Origin: Camelus dromedarius
Lineage: Eukaryota
Assembly (NCBI RefSeq): GCF_036321535.1
Contig: NC_087436.1
Coordinates: 60,638,001 to 60,702,000 of the forward strand
Reading direction: 5' to 3'
DNA length: 64,000 nt
The notes below the pieces were generated by a model. It saw only the letters and a list, made by a program, of their open reading frames with translations, ran no database searches and was not told the origin of the DNA. Every line of letters begins with the position of its first letter. The stretch's first letter is position 1. The translations under genes and the position numbers were made by a program. Of the stretch, positions 52,322 to 64,000 are shown piece after piece.

Positions 52322-53605
52322 CCTATCTTACACCATACAAAAAATTAACTCAAATAGATTAAAGGCTTGAATATAAGACCTGAAACCATAAAACTTCTAG
52401 AAGAAAACATAGGCAGTAAGCTCCTTCATATTGGTCTTGGCAATGATTTTTTGGATTTGACACCGAAAAGCAAAGGCAACAAAAGCAAAAACAAACAAAT
52501 GGGACTTCAATAAACAAAAAACCTTCCATATAGCAAAGGAAACCATCAACAAAAGGAAAAAGCAACCCACAGAGCAGGAGAAAATATTTGCAAATCCTAT
52601 ACATGATAAGGGATGAATATCCAAAATATATATACTCATACAACTCGATAGCAAAAAAATCCAAATAATCTGATTAAAAACTGGACAGTGGATCTAAACA
52701 GACTTTTTTTTCAAAGAAGATATACAGGTGACCAACAGGTACATTAAAAAGCTGCTCAGCATCTCTCATCATCAGGGAGATGCAAATCAAACCCACAGTG
52801 AGATATCACTTCACATCTGTTAGAATGGCTATCATCAAAAACACAACAAATAACTGTTCACGACAGTAGAGAAAAAGGAACCCTTGTGCACTATTGATGG
52901 GATTGTAAATTGGTGCAGCCACTATGAAAAACAGTGTGGTGGTTCCTCAAAAAATTAAAAATAGATAAAAATGGAGAACTACCATATGATTCAGCAATTC
53001 CATTTCTGGATATTTATTCAAAGGAATTAAAACACTAACTTGAAATACACATACACACACACACACACACACAATGTATATACAGTATATTTATTCAACC
53101 ATAAAACAGAGGGAAATCTTGCCATTTGCAACAGTGCAGATGGATTTTGAAGGCATTATGCTAAGTGAAATAAGTCAGACAAATACTGTATGATCTCACC
53201 TATATGTAGAATTAAAACAAAACAAAAACAAAACCCAAGCTCGTAGATTCACGGATATAGAGAATAGATTGGTTGTTGTCAGAGGTGGGTGGGTAGTGGG
53301 CAAAATGGGTAAAACTGGTCAAAAGGTACAAAGTTCCAGTTATGAAATAAATAAGTCATGGTACGTAATGTACAGTATGGTGGTGAGCACAGTACTGTAT
53401 TGCGTATTTGGGAGTTGCTAAGAGAGTAAATCTTAAAATTTCTCTTTACAAGAAAAAATAATTTTTGTTTGCAACTATGTATGGTGACAGATGTTAACTA
53501 GACTTATCATGGTGATCATTTCACAATATATACAAATATTAAATTATTATATTATACACCTGAAACTAATATATATGTGTCAATTACACCTCAATTTTAA
53601 AAATT
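52322..53605 (+). mobile_element. L1MA9-type 5'-truncated L1 with an internal deletion occupied by (CA)n at about 53047-53073
   Basis: cttacaccatacaaaaaattaactcaaa...; 3'UTR aataagtcatgg...gtgatcatttcacaatatatacaaat...tacacctgaaactaat...caattacacctcaa. Confidence 0.88.
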
Positions 53606-54016
53606 AATGAGCAAATTAGTCCCTCTAAAATGATTCTCTGCAATCTGAATTTCTAAAAAGGAGTTTTACTTATTCTAAAATGATCTTTTCAAGATTCGGA
53701 AGAAACATGTGACATTGCTGTCTCTTCTCAGCCCTTTGAATATCACTTTCTTAAAATTAATACTGGAATCAAGTACCAATACAATCTGATAAAATTCAGG
53801 ACAGTAGCACTATATGACAGGAATTTCCCTCTAAATGTTATCTCTCTTTGAATGAGATCTGATGTCACTGAAACAAAGGGCAGGAGCTGATTTTCCTGTT
53901 TGCTGTGTCTGGTTGCAAATGTATACAGCTTCCTAATGAACTTCACAGTTAGGACAACTACTCAGGAGACCTGAGTCAGTGGGTTTCCATTCACCCATTA
54001 CCCCAGGGTTCGTGTA

Positions 54017-57000
54017 TAGTTGACTCCTGAACAACAGGTTTGAACTGTGTGGCTCACCCTATGCTGGATTTTTGTCGACAAATATATTGGAAAATATTTT
54101 TGAGATTTGCAGCAATTTGAAAAAGCTTGCAGATGAACTGCGCAGCCTAGAAACATCAAAAAATTAAGCAAAAGATGGTTATGCGATACATGCTTAAAAT
54201 ATATGTAGATGGCAGTCTGTTTGATCACTTACTACCACAAAATATACACAAATCCATTATAAAAGTTTAAATTTATCAAAACTTATGAACACAAACACAG
54301 ATTTTACATGGATCTGTTCGTAAAAGTCAAGATGCAGTATTAAACCATAGCTACATAAAATTAACCATAGTAATACTGTACTACACTAATAATTTTGTAA
54401 CCATCTCCTGTTGCTACTGCAATGAGCTCAAGTGTGGCAAGGATTCACTTAAAATGCCATGTGATGCAAATCATCTCCTTTTGAGCAGTTTCTCTCTTCA
54501 GTAAATTGTGTACAGCAGTAAAAAGTGATTTCTCTCAGTTCTTATGTACTTTTCCTCATGTTTAGTGCAATACTGTAAGCCTTAAATAGCACCATGGGAC
54601 CCACATGAAATACCAATCCCAGTGATGCTGGAAGGCCTCCCCCAAAAGCAGAGAAAAGTCATGACATTACAAGAACAAGTTGAATTTTTGCCCGATACAT
54701 ACCTCAGATTGGGGTCTGTAGCTCAGGTTGCCCATCATTTCAGGATACATGAATTCAACGTAAGGACCTTTGTAAAAAAAAAAAAAAAAGAAAAGGAAAT
54801 GTGTGGAGTCATCACTACAGCTATGCCAGAAGGCCCCCAAACCTTGCACTATTGGTGGAATACCTTTCTAATCTTGTATTGAAAATGCACCTTACGTGGT
54901 TGCAGGATTGCTAACAGAAAGGATACCTAGAGACTCTAATATAACTCAAGAAAAAGCAGAGTCATTGCATGACAACTTAAAGCAAAAGAAAGTGATGGAT
55001 CTAAAGCTGGAAAAATTAATGCTAGCAGGTCCAGTTTGATAATTTTAGAAAGGGTTTTTAATATGTCAAGATAACAGGAGAAGCAGCTTCTACCAACCAA
55101 GAGGCAGCAGACGAGTTCCCAGACACCATTAAGGAAATCATTGAGGAGTAAGGATGTCTGCCGGATATCCTCTTTTAATGCAGATGAAAGTGCCCTATTC
55201 TGGGGGGGGGGGGGGGGAATGCCACAAAGGACATTTATTAGCAGGGAAAAGAAGTGAGCACCAGGACTTAAGGCAGGAAAGGACAGGCTAAATTTGCTGT
55301 TGTGTGCAAATGAGGTCTGGTTTACAATCAAGACTGCCTTATCTACAAAGTTGCTAACCCCCGAGCCTTGAAGGGAAAGGATAAAAACCAGCTGACAGTC
55401 TTTCGGTTGTACTAGAAGAAGGCTTGGATAAGAATATTTTTTTCTGGAGCCATTCCATCTATGCCTTGTCCCTGAAGCCAGGAAGTACCTTACTAGTAAA
55501 CAGCTGCCTTTTATAGTCCTTTTGATATTGGACAATGCCCCTGGCCACACAGAACCCCATGAGTTCAACACCAAAAGTCACTGAAGTGGTCTACTTGCCC
55601 CAAAATACAATGTCTCTAATTCAGCCTCTAGATCAGAGGGTCACAAGGACATTTAAGGCTCATTACATATGGTACTGTATAGAAAGGATTGTCAACACTA
55701 TGGAAGAGAACCCAGACAGAGAGACCATCATGAAGGTCTGGAAGGATTACACATTGAAGATGCCATCTTTGTTATAGAAAAAGCCAACAAATCCAAAACA
55801 GCAAATTCTCGCTGGAAAATATTGTGTCCAGATGTTCTGGATGACTTCACAGAATTTATGACAGAGCCAATCAAGGAAATCATGAAAGAGATTATGGATT
55901 TGACAAAATGGAAAAAGATTATGGATCTTGGAAAAAATCAAAAGCTAACAGACCCCAAACTAGAGGAATTAACAGAAGACAACTTGATGGAGATGTGTGT
56001 TTTTGAACCAGTGTCCAGGGTGAGGAAGAAGACATAAGAGAAGCAGTGCCAGAAAGCAAACTGACATTAGACAACCTGGCAGAAGGGTTCTGATTATTCA
56101 AGACTGCTTTTGCTTTCTTTTATGACATGGACCCTTCTATAACATGGGCACTGAAACTAAAGCAAACAGTGGGAGAAAGATTGGTGCTATTTAGAAACAC
56201 TTTTAGAGAAACAAAAATTCAAAAACATCAGACAAAAATTATGATGTATTTCTATTAAATTACACTGAGTGTACCTGCCTCTCCTGCCTCCTTGTCCACC
56301 TCTGCCACTCCTGAGACATCAAGATGACCAACTCCTCCTCCTCCTCAGTCTAACAACTTGATGACAGCGAGAATGAAGACCTCTATGATGAGCTGCTTCC
56401 ACTTACTGAATAGTAATAAACATATTTATTGTGCATGTGTGAGTGTCTTTGTGTGAAAATTTAGTAACTGCAGTGCAAGAAATGCACAAGATGTCTGTGT
56501 GTCATTATCATCATTGCCCAGGTATTCACAGTGTAAAACTTCCCATGTAAAACTTGCATTGAAGTGAATAGCCTATAATTACATAGGCATAAAATGAGTG
56601 ATAATTAATATAAAGTTAATAATGTGTTAGTTTTCTTACTGTTTTATAACTTTGCTTTCAAAGAATTACATTACTGTACAGGATGCCTCTCTCTCTCATA
56701 ATTAGAGAAGTGATGTTAACAGCCTATCAGCACAGGCTTTTTAAAAATGTAACAATGTTTCCAGTACTGTACTGTGAATATGACTGTAATACTGTAAGGC
56801 ATAAAAATTTTATAAAATTTATTCATTGATATATAGGCTAGTTTACAATGAAGCAATCATATCAGCTTTACCTACTGTAAAGCACTTCTTTGTTATCAAT
56901 GTATAAATAGTTATATCTGTAAATAACTATAAATTTTTTTCACATTATCTTTTCATTTCTGATGTCTAGTGTTGGTAATCTGTATAAGACTGACAGCGTT

Positions 57001-57337
57001 TTGTACCACATAAGGCACTACTGATGTAGATACTGACAGATGATTCATTTTGTAAACAAACAATGTAAACTTATGGTATTAATAAATATAGTACTATTTT
57101 CTCTTCCTTATGACTTTTTAAATATCATTTTATTTTCTCTAGATTATTTTATTGTAAGAATACAGTATATAATACATGTAACATACAAAATACGTGTTAA
57201 CTATGTTATTGGTAAGATTTCTTGTCAATGGTAGGCTATTAGTAATTAAGTTTGGGGGCAGTCAAAAGTTACAAGTGGATTTTTTGACTACACAATGATC
57301 ATTACTCCTAACCCCTACACTGTTACAGGGTCAACGT
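54017..57337 (+). mobile_element. Tigger2-family (pogo/Tc1-mariner) DNA transposon, TIR to TIR, long (~3.3 kb) form
   Basis: Left TIR tagttgactcctgaacaac after TA (54015-54016); right TIR tgttacagggtcaacgt before TA (57338-57339); internal transposase remnants. Confidence 0.9.
54592..56415 (+). pseudogene. Degenerate Tigger2 transposase (CENP-B-like HTH and DDD domain)
   Basis: QRKVMTLQEQVE (N-terminal HTH), FNADESALFW (55174-55203), LLILDNAPGH (~55519-55548), LPQNTMSLIQPLDQ; many stops and frameshifts. Confidence 0.85.
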
Positions 57338-58133
57338 TAGTTTGAAAATATTGACCATCATTAACAGATTCTTCACTGTCCTCTGTGCTAGTTCCAGAAA
57401 TGTACTTGCAATTGGAAAATCATGTAATTGGGCAATGACTACCCTTACTGGAAAGGGAATATAGGAGAGCTATTTTTGAAGAGCTCACATAACTAGATTT
57501 CTCTTTTACTACATTTCTTATATAGTCTTGAGGGAAAAAAATCTGTTTGCAGTGTGTCTCAAGTCCTTTTCTCCCCCTGTTGTTCTTATTCTGTTTCTTT
57601 TTTAATATAAAATGGTGCACTGTAGTTCAGTATTATCTAATGATTCTCCCTTAGACATTTCTACAAATCTGTGGAGACTAGAGTCTCTCCACCTTAAAAC
57701 TGTGAGCTGATGGTTATAAGCTTTGCAGACCACCTCTGCTTGGACCCAGGCGCCGCCTAGTACACAGAGTGAGCTCATTCATTTTCTGTAGGATGGTGTC
57801 TAGAGATTTATGGATTTTCCTAAGTAGATCTAACTTACACCAGAAAGAAACTTCTGTCATGTTTAAACTACCCTTTTACTGGGTTTTCTGTTTTATTGAA
57901 CTTATCTTCTGATGAGTTCTGATCAGCTGGTTATCAAAAATAGGCACAGTGAGTTTCTGTCTTCCTAGGGGAGGTAACACTTAATTTGAGTCTTGAACTA
58001 GATCATTAGCCAGATGGAGCTTGGGTTGGTGGAAGGCAGTTTGTTGGACTTGAAAGAATGGAGATTAAATGGGCATTTCAGGCAGGATATACACTATGTG
58101 CAAATATACACTTGGGCTTCAATCATTAAGGCT

Positions 58134-58631
58134 TGCCCAGGAGGCACCCTAGATGGGGTTGTGGTGGGTTTGTCTACCCTCCCCTCTTCTCCATCTTGCA
58201 CTATGCCAGGAGGCTCACTGGATCAACAAACTCCTTTGCCTCCTGGCTTGTGGTTGGGTTCAGTCAATGGGAGGTCCTAGCAGAAATCAGAGCAAAAGAG
58301 GACAAAGAGGTTACAGTATTTATCCTCCTACCTTTTTTTTTTTTTCTTCACCCTGCAGAGCCACTCAAGGCTGGCTGCTTCCCCTACCAGTGGTCACAGC
58401 CCCTGTCAGATGGCCTTCTCTCTTTGGGCTCCAGTGCTTTCTCTGTTTCTTTTGTTCCTTTAAACCTAGAGGTGGTAACAGCATCCTGTTGCTAGCCCAG
58501 AAGATTTACACTCCCTTGTGATTTGCCTGCATCTTGTTGATACTTTTGTAAATAGTCCTTTTATTAAACACTCCTCAAATAAACCCAATTTTAATATTGT
58601 ATTTTGTTTCCAGATGCCACCCTGACCAATA
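58134..58631 (+). mobile_element. LTR33 (ERVL) solo LTR
   Basis: ctggcttgtggttgggttcagtcaatgggagg...cctagaggtggtaacagcatcctgttgctagccc...tttgtaaatagtccttttattaaac...accctgaccaata. Confidence 0.8.
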
Positions 58632-59699
58632 AAGAGTTCTATATGCTTTATTTTTCTAATTTTGAGCACTTATTAAAAACAGTAGGAGCAAGCTACTCAG
58701 TAAAAGTACTATAACTTAAAAATACCTGGAGGGATATTGTAAACACAGCAAGAATTTTCTAAGAGTAATTGGAATCACTACAAGAAAACTGTGAGACTTC
58801 TTGTCCTCTGGGTCCTGATGCTCCTCGTGCATGCCCAGTACCAAGTGCATGCTGTCTGTCAGGGAGCATCACTTCACCATGTTGGGAGACTTACTGTCCA
58901 GTCCCTGTTTAGTTTGTTTTAAGAATTAAGTCTTAACCAAATGATTTCCACAGAGATTTTGCTTCCCTTCCTTACTCTCTCCTAACCCACCTGCTCTGCA
59001 AACTGCTTGCTGTCTAAATACTTTCCTTGTTAACCCCTAAAATGGCTTTCTTCTTCTTTGGTCAGAACTTTACTATATTTCTGTTTTGTCTCCTTTGCCA
59101 TGTTGCTGGAGAGAAGGAAGGGTTTTCTTCATTTATTTTAGGAAGAGTCAATATATTCTTGCAATCAGAGTTGAAAATAGAGTTTCTATTGCTCAGCACT
59201 CCACAGTTCTCATGAACAGCATTTGGGGGCTCCATTCACTGAAGTAGCAGCAGAGGTGTCTTAGGGTTATGTCAGATACATACACAATGGCACTGATGCA
59301 CGAGAGAGGACATCACTGTCAAAGAAATACACTGATTGCATGCAGCTAAAGATTAAAATGGGCATAAGGAGTCACAGAAGATGAAGATGGAGCGGTAACA
59401 AGGTGTTTTTAGGAACATTCCTGACTTCTTACACATTATCTTTTAGTAAAGTCAAGCAGCAGAGATCTAAGTCAGGAAACTTCTTGATGGACAGCAGGAG
59501 CTTCACACATTTCTAGGACATCCATGCACAGCAATATACTAAACAAAAAGGACCAACAAGAATCCAAATAGTCATTGAAATACTGAGTACTCGCTATGTG
59601 CCAGAAATGATGAGGAAATTTACCAACTTGGCTTGTTCTGCCATTATGTAGTTCTTCTAATCCTTAAAACCACTTGAAAATTCCTTTTCTATGTCTAAC

Positions 59700-60240
59700 A
59701 GTAGATGTTGGTCTTAATTCTCCAGGCTTTCATTTCAAATCATTTTGATGAAGTGTTGTGATTTCTTTTGGAAAAACAAATCAGTACTGCAAGGCCTATT
59801 TTCCATTCTGCTCTTCTGATTCTGTCAGCTCTATTGTGGTCTCAGGATGGGTGTAGCAATACCCAATCACATACACATAAGGAGCAATGCCAAGAGGCAA
59901 AACAAAGAGGGAAAAATTCTTATGAGCCCTTTTAAGATCTAGAAAATATTTTTCAGAATCCCTTGCCATTTTCTCCTCAGTCTTATTGACTCAGTCTTAT
60001 CGACCTGAATTAGGTCACAGGATACCCCACAATCAATCACTGTCAATAAGCAATGAAATTACCAAAATTGGCTCAATCAATCCATAATTATCCAATAGAT
60101 ATAATTGGGTTATCAAGATTTCTGCCTGGCTTAAGGGCCAGCTTTCCCTGAAGCATATCCTCACATATAGGGATAAAGACAACCAGAAAAAATACAAACA
60201 AAAAAGTTCCATTAGTAGGAAGAGAGAAGTAGTGATGAAG
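59700..60240 (-). mobile_element. MLT1K/L-like MaLR LTR relic
   Basis: tctcctcagtcttattg...gaattaggtcaca...aatcaatcactg...attaccaaaattggct...ccattagtaggaagaga. Confidence 0.5.
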
Positions 60241-61665
60241 CAGATGATGTCTGTGAGAGTGACGGAGTAATCTGAAGACTGAAAACACAACGGACTATAT
60301 CTGAGAAGAGAAAACACCAGCAGTAGTCGCAAGATTTCAAGTAATCATTGGATAGAGGAAAAAAAAACTTTCCTGGATAGTACCTTCATCCATCCCCTAG
60401 AGCTCTTTATTTAAGAAGCATTTTATCTTTGTTGGTAAGAAAAAAGAAGACAGTGGCTGGGGAATATTTATGTCCCACATCAAAGAAGAATTGAATTTAT
60501 TTTTATTTAATTTCTTGTCCTGAAAGATATTCTGCAACTCATCTAACCATGGGTCAAAGTAAAATCCAATTTTCCTGCTGAGCTCATTGACAAATTCTCA
60601 TCTTAACAAGATTAAGACTTTGAAGCAGAAACTTCTCTGATGTTTCAAAAGGCAGTCGCTTTTCACTGATTTCCTTGCACATTTGACCATTGCTTGTCTT
60701 GTAAAGTTGCCATTTGTTACTTAAATATCTTTATCACCCTTGCACTCTTAGTCTTTTCCCTTTTCAGAGGCAATAGTGCTTTCCATTTCCCCTTTAGATG
60801 ACTGCGAGTCCAGAGTAGGCTGTCTCTTTGGATATGTGAAACTGTATTCTGAAACATCTCTAAGATACTGGAAATATTACAAGGAAAATGCGTAGTGTAG
60901 GGTTGTTCTAACAGCAGAACAGTGAATCTTAAGCCTAAATTCATGACAGTAGTACAGCATAAGTACAGGAAGTAAAGGAAGATCATGTATGTGAGTACAG
61001 TATACCTGTATGTATAGCAAGATCCTACATGTGTGTTTAACCATGTACTTTCATCCAAGAAACTAGATATCTTGTAAAAACTGTCTTAATTTATCTTTCA
61101 GTGAGTGGCACAGGGGAAGATCAACTTTTTCAAAGGCTTTCCCAAAAGCCTTTTTGGTGTGTGTATCAGTCAATTTGTAGATCCATCTCCAAATAAGGGA
61201 GTTGGGTTCTCTAGAGAGCTGACCCAGTTATGGAAGGAAAGCTTAAAGTTATCTGTCTGCTTATGAGTAGAGGTGATCTAATGTTAGCTTCTGCATGATG
61301 GAAAACAAATTGCCCTAGCCATTAAACACTGCATAAGACTGACTTCATAATGCAGAAATGATGTTAAATTAGTGATAGTTTTATCTGAGGGAAATACACA
61401 ATTACATTTCATCCTGATTAATCAAAATTTCATTTCTTTGATTAAATTATTCTTTTTAATTCTTCCAGAAAAGTCTGGTTTTCAAGTCTTCTGATTTTAT
61501 TAGAAGTTTGAGAAAATGTGGATGATCATGTGCATTGTAATTATTTTAATGTCAACAGGGGGTAAAAATATGAATGCTATACAAAATATAAGGAAATGTC
61601 TATCCCTGACCAGAAACAATCTTTCTGCCTAAAAGAAAGTAAATTTAAAATAAAAATGGGGCCTA

Positions 61666-62462
61666 CATCATTCAAAAGTCCACAAATGACAAATGCTGGA
61701 GAGGCTGTGGAGAAAACGGAACCCTCCTACATTGCTGGTGGGAATGCAGTTTGGTTCAGCCACCATGGAAAACAGTATGGAGATTCATCAAAAGACTAGG
61801 AATAGACTTATCATATGACCCAGGAATCCCGCTCCTGGGCATATATCCAGAAGGAACCCTACTTCAAAATGACACCTGCACCCCAATGTTCATAGCAGCA
61901 CTATTTACAATAGCCAAGACCTGGAAACAGCCTAAATGTCCATCAACAGATGGCTGGATAAAGAAGAGGTGGTGTATTTATACAGTGGAATACTATTCAG
62001 CCATAAAAATGACAACATAATGCCATTTGCAGCAACATGGATGTCCCTGGAGAATGTCATTCTAAGTGAAGTAAGCCAGAAAAAGAAAGAAAAATATCAT
62101 ATGAGGTCACTCACATGTGGAATCTAAAAAAAAAAAAATTACAAAACAGAAACAGACTCATAGACATAGAATAGAAACTTGTGGTTGCCAAGAGGGCGGC
62201 GGGTGGGAAGGGACAGACTGGGATTTCAAAATTTCTAGATATTGACAGGCATATGCAGAATAGATAAACAAGATTATACTGTATAGCACAGGGAAATATA
62301 TACAAGATCTTGTGGTAGCTCACAGCGAAAAAAAAATGTGACAATGAATATACGTATGTTCATGTATAACTGAAAAATTGTGCTCTACACTGGAATTTGA
62401 CACAATATTGTAAAATGACTATAACTCAATAAAAATAATGTAAAACAATAATAATAATTTAA
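61666..62462 (+). mobile_element. 5'-truncated lineage-specific L1 with 19-bp TSD
   Basis: ORF2 end ([21 protein letters not shown]...LTCGI), 3'UTR and A-rich tail; TSD aaaataaaaaTGgggccta (61647-61665) / aaaataaaaaCAgggccta (62463-62481). Confidence 0.95.
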
Positions 62463-62554
62463 AAAATAAAAACAGGGCCTAAAAGATGTTTTGGTCTGCA
62501 GGCTTGGACCTGAAGGAGTTTAATGGGAAAATCATAGTAATTTGTTTGAATGTA

Positions 62555-62768
62555 TGCATCTAAGTTAGACTGCCTGGGTTCAAATCCCAGTGCTGTGATT
62601 TTGGGGCTATGTGATACTGAATTTCTGTAAAGTCTCTGTACTTTAGCATCCTTATCTGCAAAATGGTAATGATAACAATAATGACAGAATCAGATTATTG
62701 TGACTATTAAATTAGGTGATATAAAGTACTTTTAGAGCACATGGTTCAGTGTTAGGTATTATTAATAT
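62555..62768 (+). mobile_element. MIR SINE
   Basis: agactgcctgggttcaaatcccag...gctatgtga...ccttatctgcaaaatggtaatgata...ttgtgactattaaattag. Confidence 0.75.
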
Positions 62769-62934
62769 TTTTTAATTTCCCCACCAAGTCTAAGAATTTC
62801 CTTATTTCCTTCCATGTTAGTTTTTATAATTTCTAATATGGTTAGAGTCATTCTTATTCTGAAAGTGCTTTATTTTTCTTTAGTATAGTCACACACTCAC
62901 TGTTTTACATTAGATTTTAAATAGAAAGCAGTAC

Positions 62935-63880
62935 CTCATTCTATCAGTATGTTTTACTAAGGTCCTTGTATGAGGTAAACCCTGTGCTAGACATTAGGTA
63001 GAAATGCAGGAAGATACAAAGGAAACCAAATAAGCACTTTGTGTGCAAAGAGTTTATGTTGCAGTTTGATCAAATACACATGAAAAGAATAGGCAATAAA
63101 CTATAATTATAATATATACATTATGCATACCTCCAATATTGCACCTCCTGCATGATTTAATTATCTGCTGGTATCTGTCTCCTCCCATCCCCCAAATCTG
63201 GAGATTAAAAGTTCTTTGAGGCAGCTATGAGGTCCTGACTGTCAGAGGTCTAGGTGTAGAGCCATGTACTCTGTAATACAAAATGAAAAGGTTAACCTAA
63301 AATCTAGATTACTAGTATTCTTAGGCTCCCCCCCCCCCCATTTTTAAATAGAGCAAAAACATTCTTCAAAAGAAGTCTTATGAGTGAAAACAGATAAGAG
63401 TGGAGGTCCACCATCAGCCTTGGGATTGCAGAGAAGATGCCGGGGGTGAATCAGTGTTGTCACCGAGTCCTGAAGGATGAAAGGGAGCTAGCCAGGAGAA
63501 GAGTGTGGAAATGAAAGAAGATTGATCCAGAGGCTGGAAAGAGCATGGAACCAAACTCCTTTCCTTCTGGTTGAATTCAAGAGTAAAGGAGGAATGAAAA
63601 AGATATAGAACTTAATAAGCAATGCCAGATCAGATTATACAGGTCCAGAGAAATCACACTGAGAACTTTGGACTTTACCCTGAGGTCAGCAGACATCCAT
63701 TAAACGATTTTTAGTAAGAGAGAGCCCTCAAATTTGTTCTTCAGAAAAATCACTCCCCTTGTAGTGCAGAGAAGGGATTTGAGAGGAGCAGGATTCAGGC
63801 AAATATGTCATCTAGGAGATAGCTGCAGTAACTTTATTAAGAGAAGATGGTTATGTAAGCCAAGAAAGTGGCATCAAGTC
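62935..63880 (-). mobile_element. L2 fragments, antisense (about 62935-63100 and 63420-63880)
   Basis: ccctgtgctagacatt...; gagtcctgaaggatgaaagggagctagccagg...gaactttggactttaccctgagg...ttcagaaaaatcactc. Confidence 0.65.
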
Positions 63881-64000
63881 CTTGATCCTCATCCTCCCTT
63901 GATTTTCTTACCTCTTTTCCACTCACCTATAGGGCTAATACCACAACCCTGGCTAACTCTAACTCTATCAACTCCAGTCCTGTACTTGAGAAGTTAGATG

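Noticed and set aside
54936..55574. 212-aa minus-strand ORF
   Set aside because: Antisense to the Tigger2 transposase remnant; no independent coding signal.
54592..56415. Domesticated TIGD-like gene
   Set aside because: Multiple stops and frameshifts with TIRs retained indicate a neutrally decaying transposon.
1..64000. Prokaryote-type systems (CRISPR arrays, operons), tRNA or rRNA genes
   Set aside because: The sequence is mammalian repeat-rich DNA; I saw no regularly spaced repeat-spacer array or structured RNA gene.

Overview
This is AT-rich, repeat-dense placental-mammal DNA, intergenic or deep-intronic. I find no host protein-coding exon, RNA gene or CRISPR array. The L1 3'UTR type and the lack of Alu, Bov-A/BovB, PRE-1 or CAN SINEs suggest a camelid-like cetartiodactyl (inference only). 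The main features are: (i) a young ~6.5 kb L1 at 43493-49971 with a perfect 14-bp TSD, a CpG-rich 5'UTR, a nonsense-disrupted ORF1 and 1020 open codons of ORF2; (ii) a tail-to-tail L1 composite at 23951-26455; (iii) several 5'-truncated lineage-specific L1s that form an age series; (iv) older L1MA9/L1MC1/L1ME, L2, MIR, MLT1/MLT2/LTR33 and MER3/MER103 relics; (v) a TIR-to-TIR Tigger2-type DNA transposon fossil. The most notable observation is an identical +1 frameshift/stop (ACC ATT AAG TAA) in two diverged L1 copies with different 3'UTRs. It separates the ORF2 EN-RT part from a still-conserved C-terminal CCHC domain, which suggests an L1 lineage that propagated with a split ORF2. Repeat family names come from recall of consensus motifs, not from a database search, and boundaries of old repeats are approximate.
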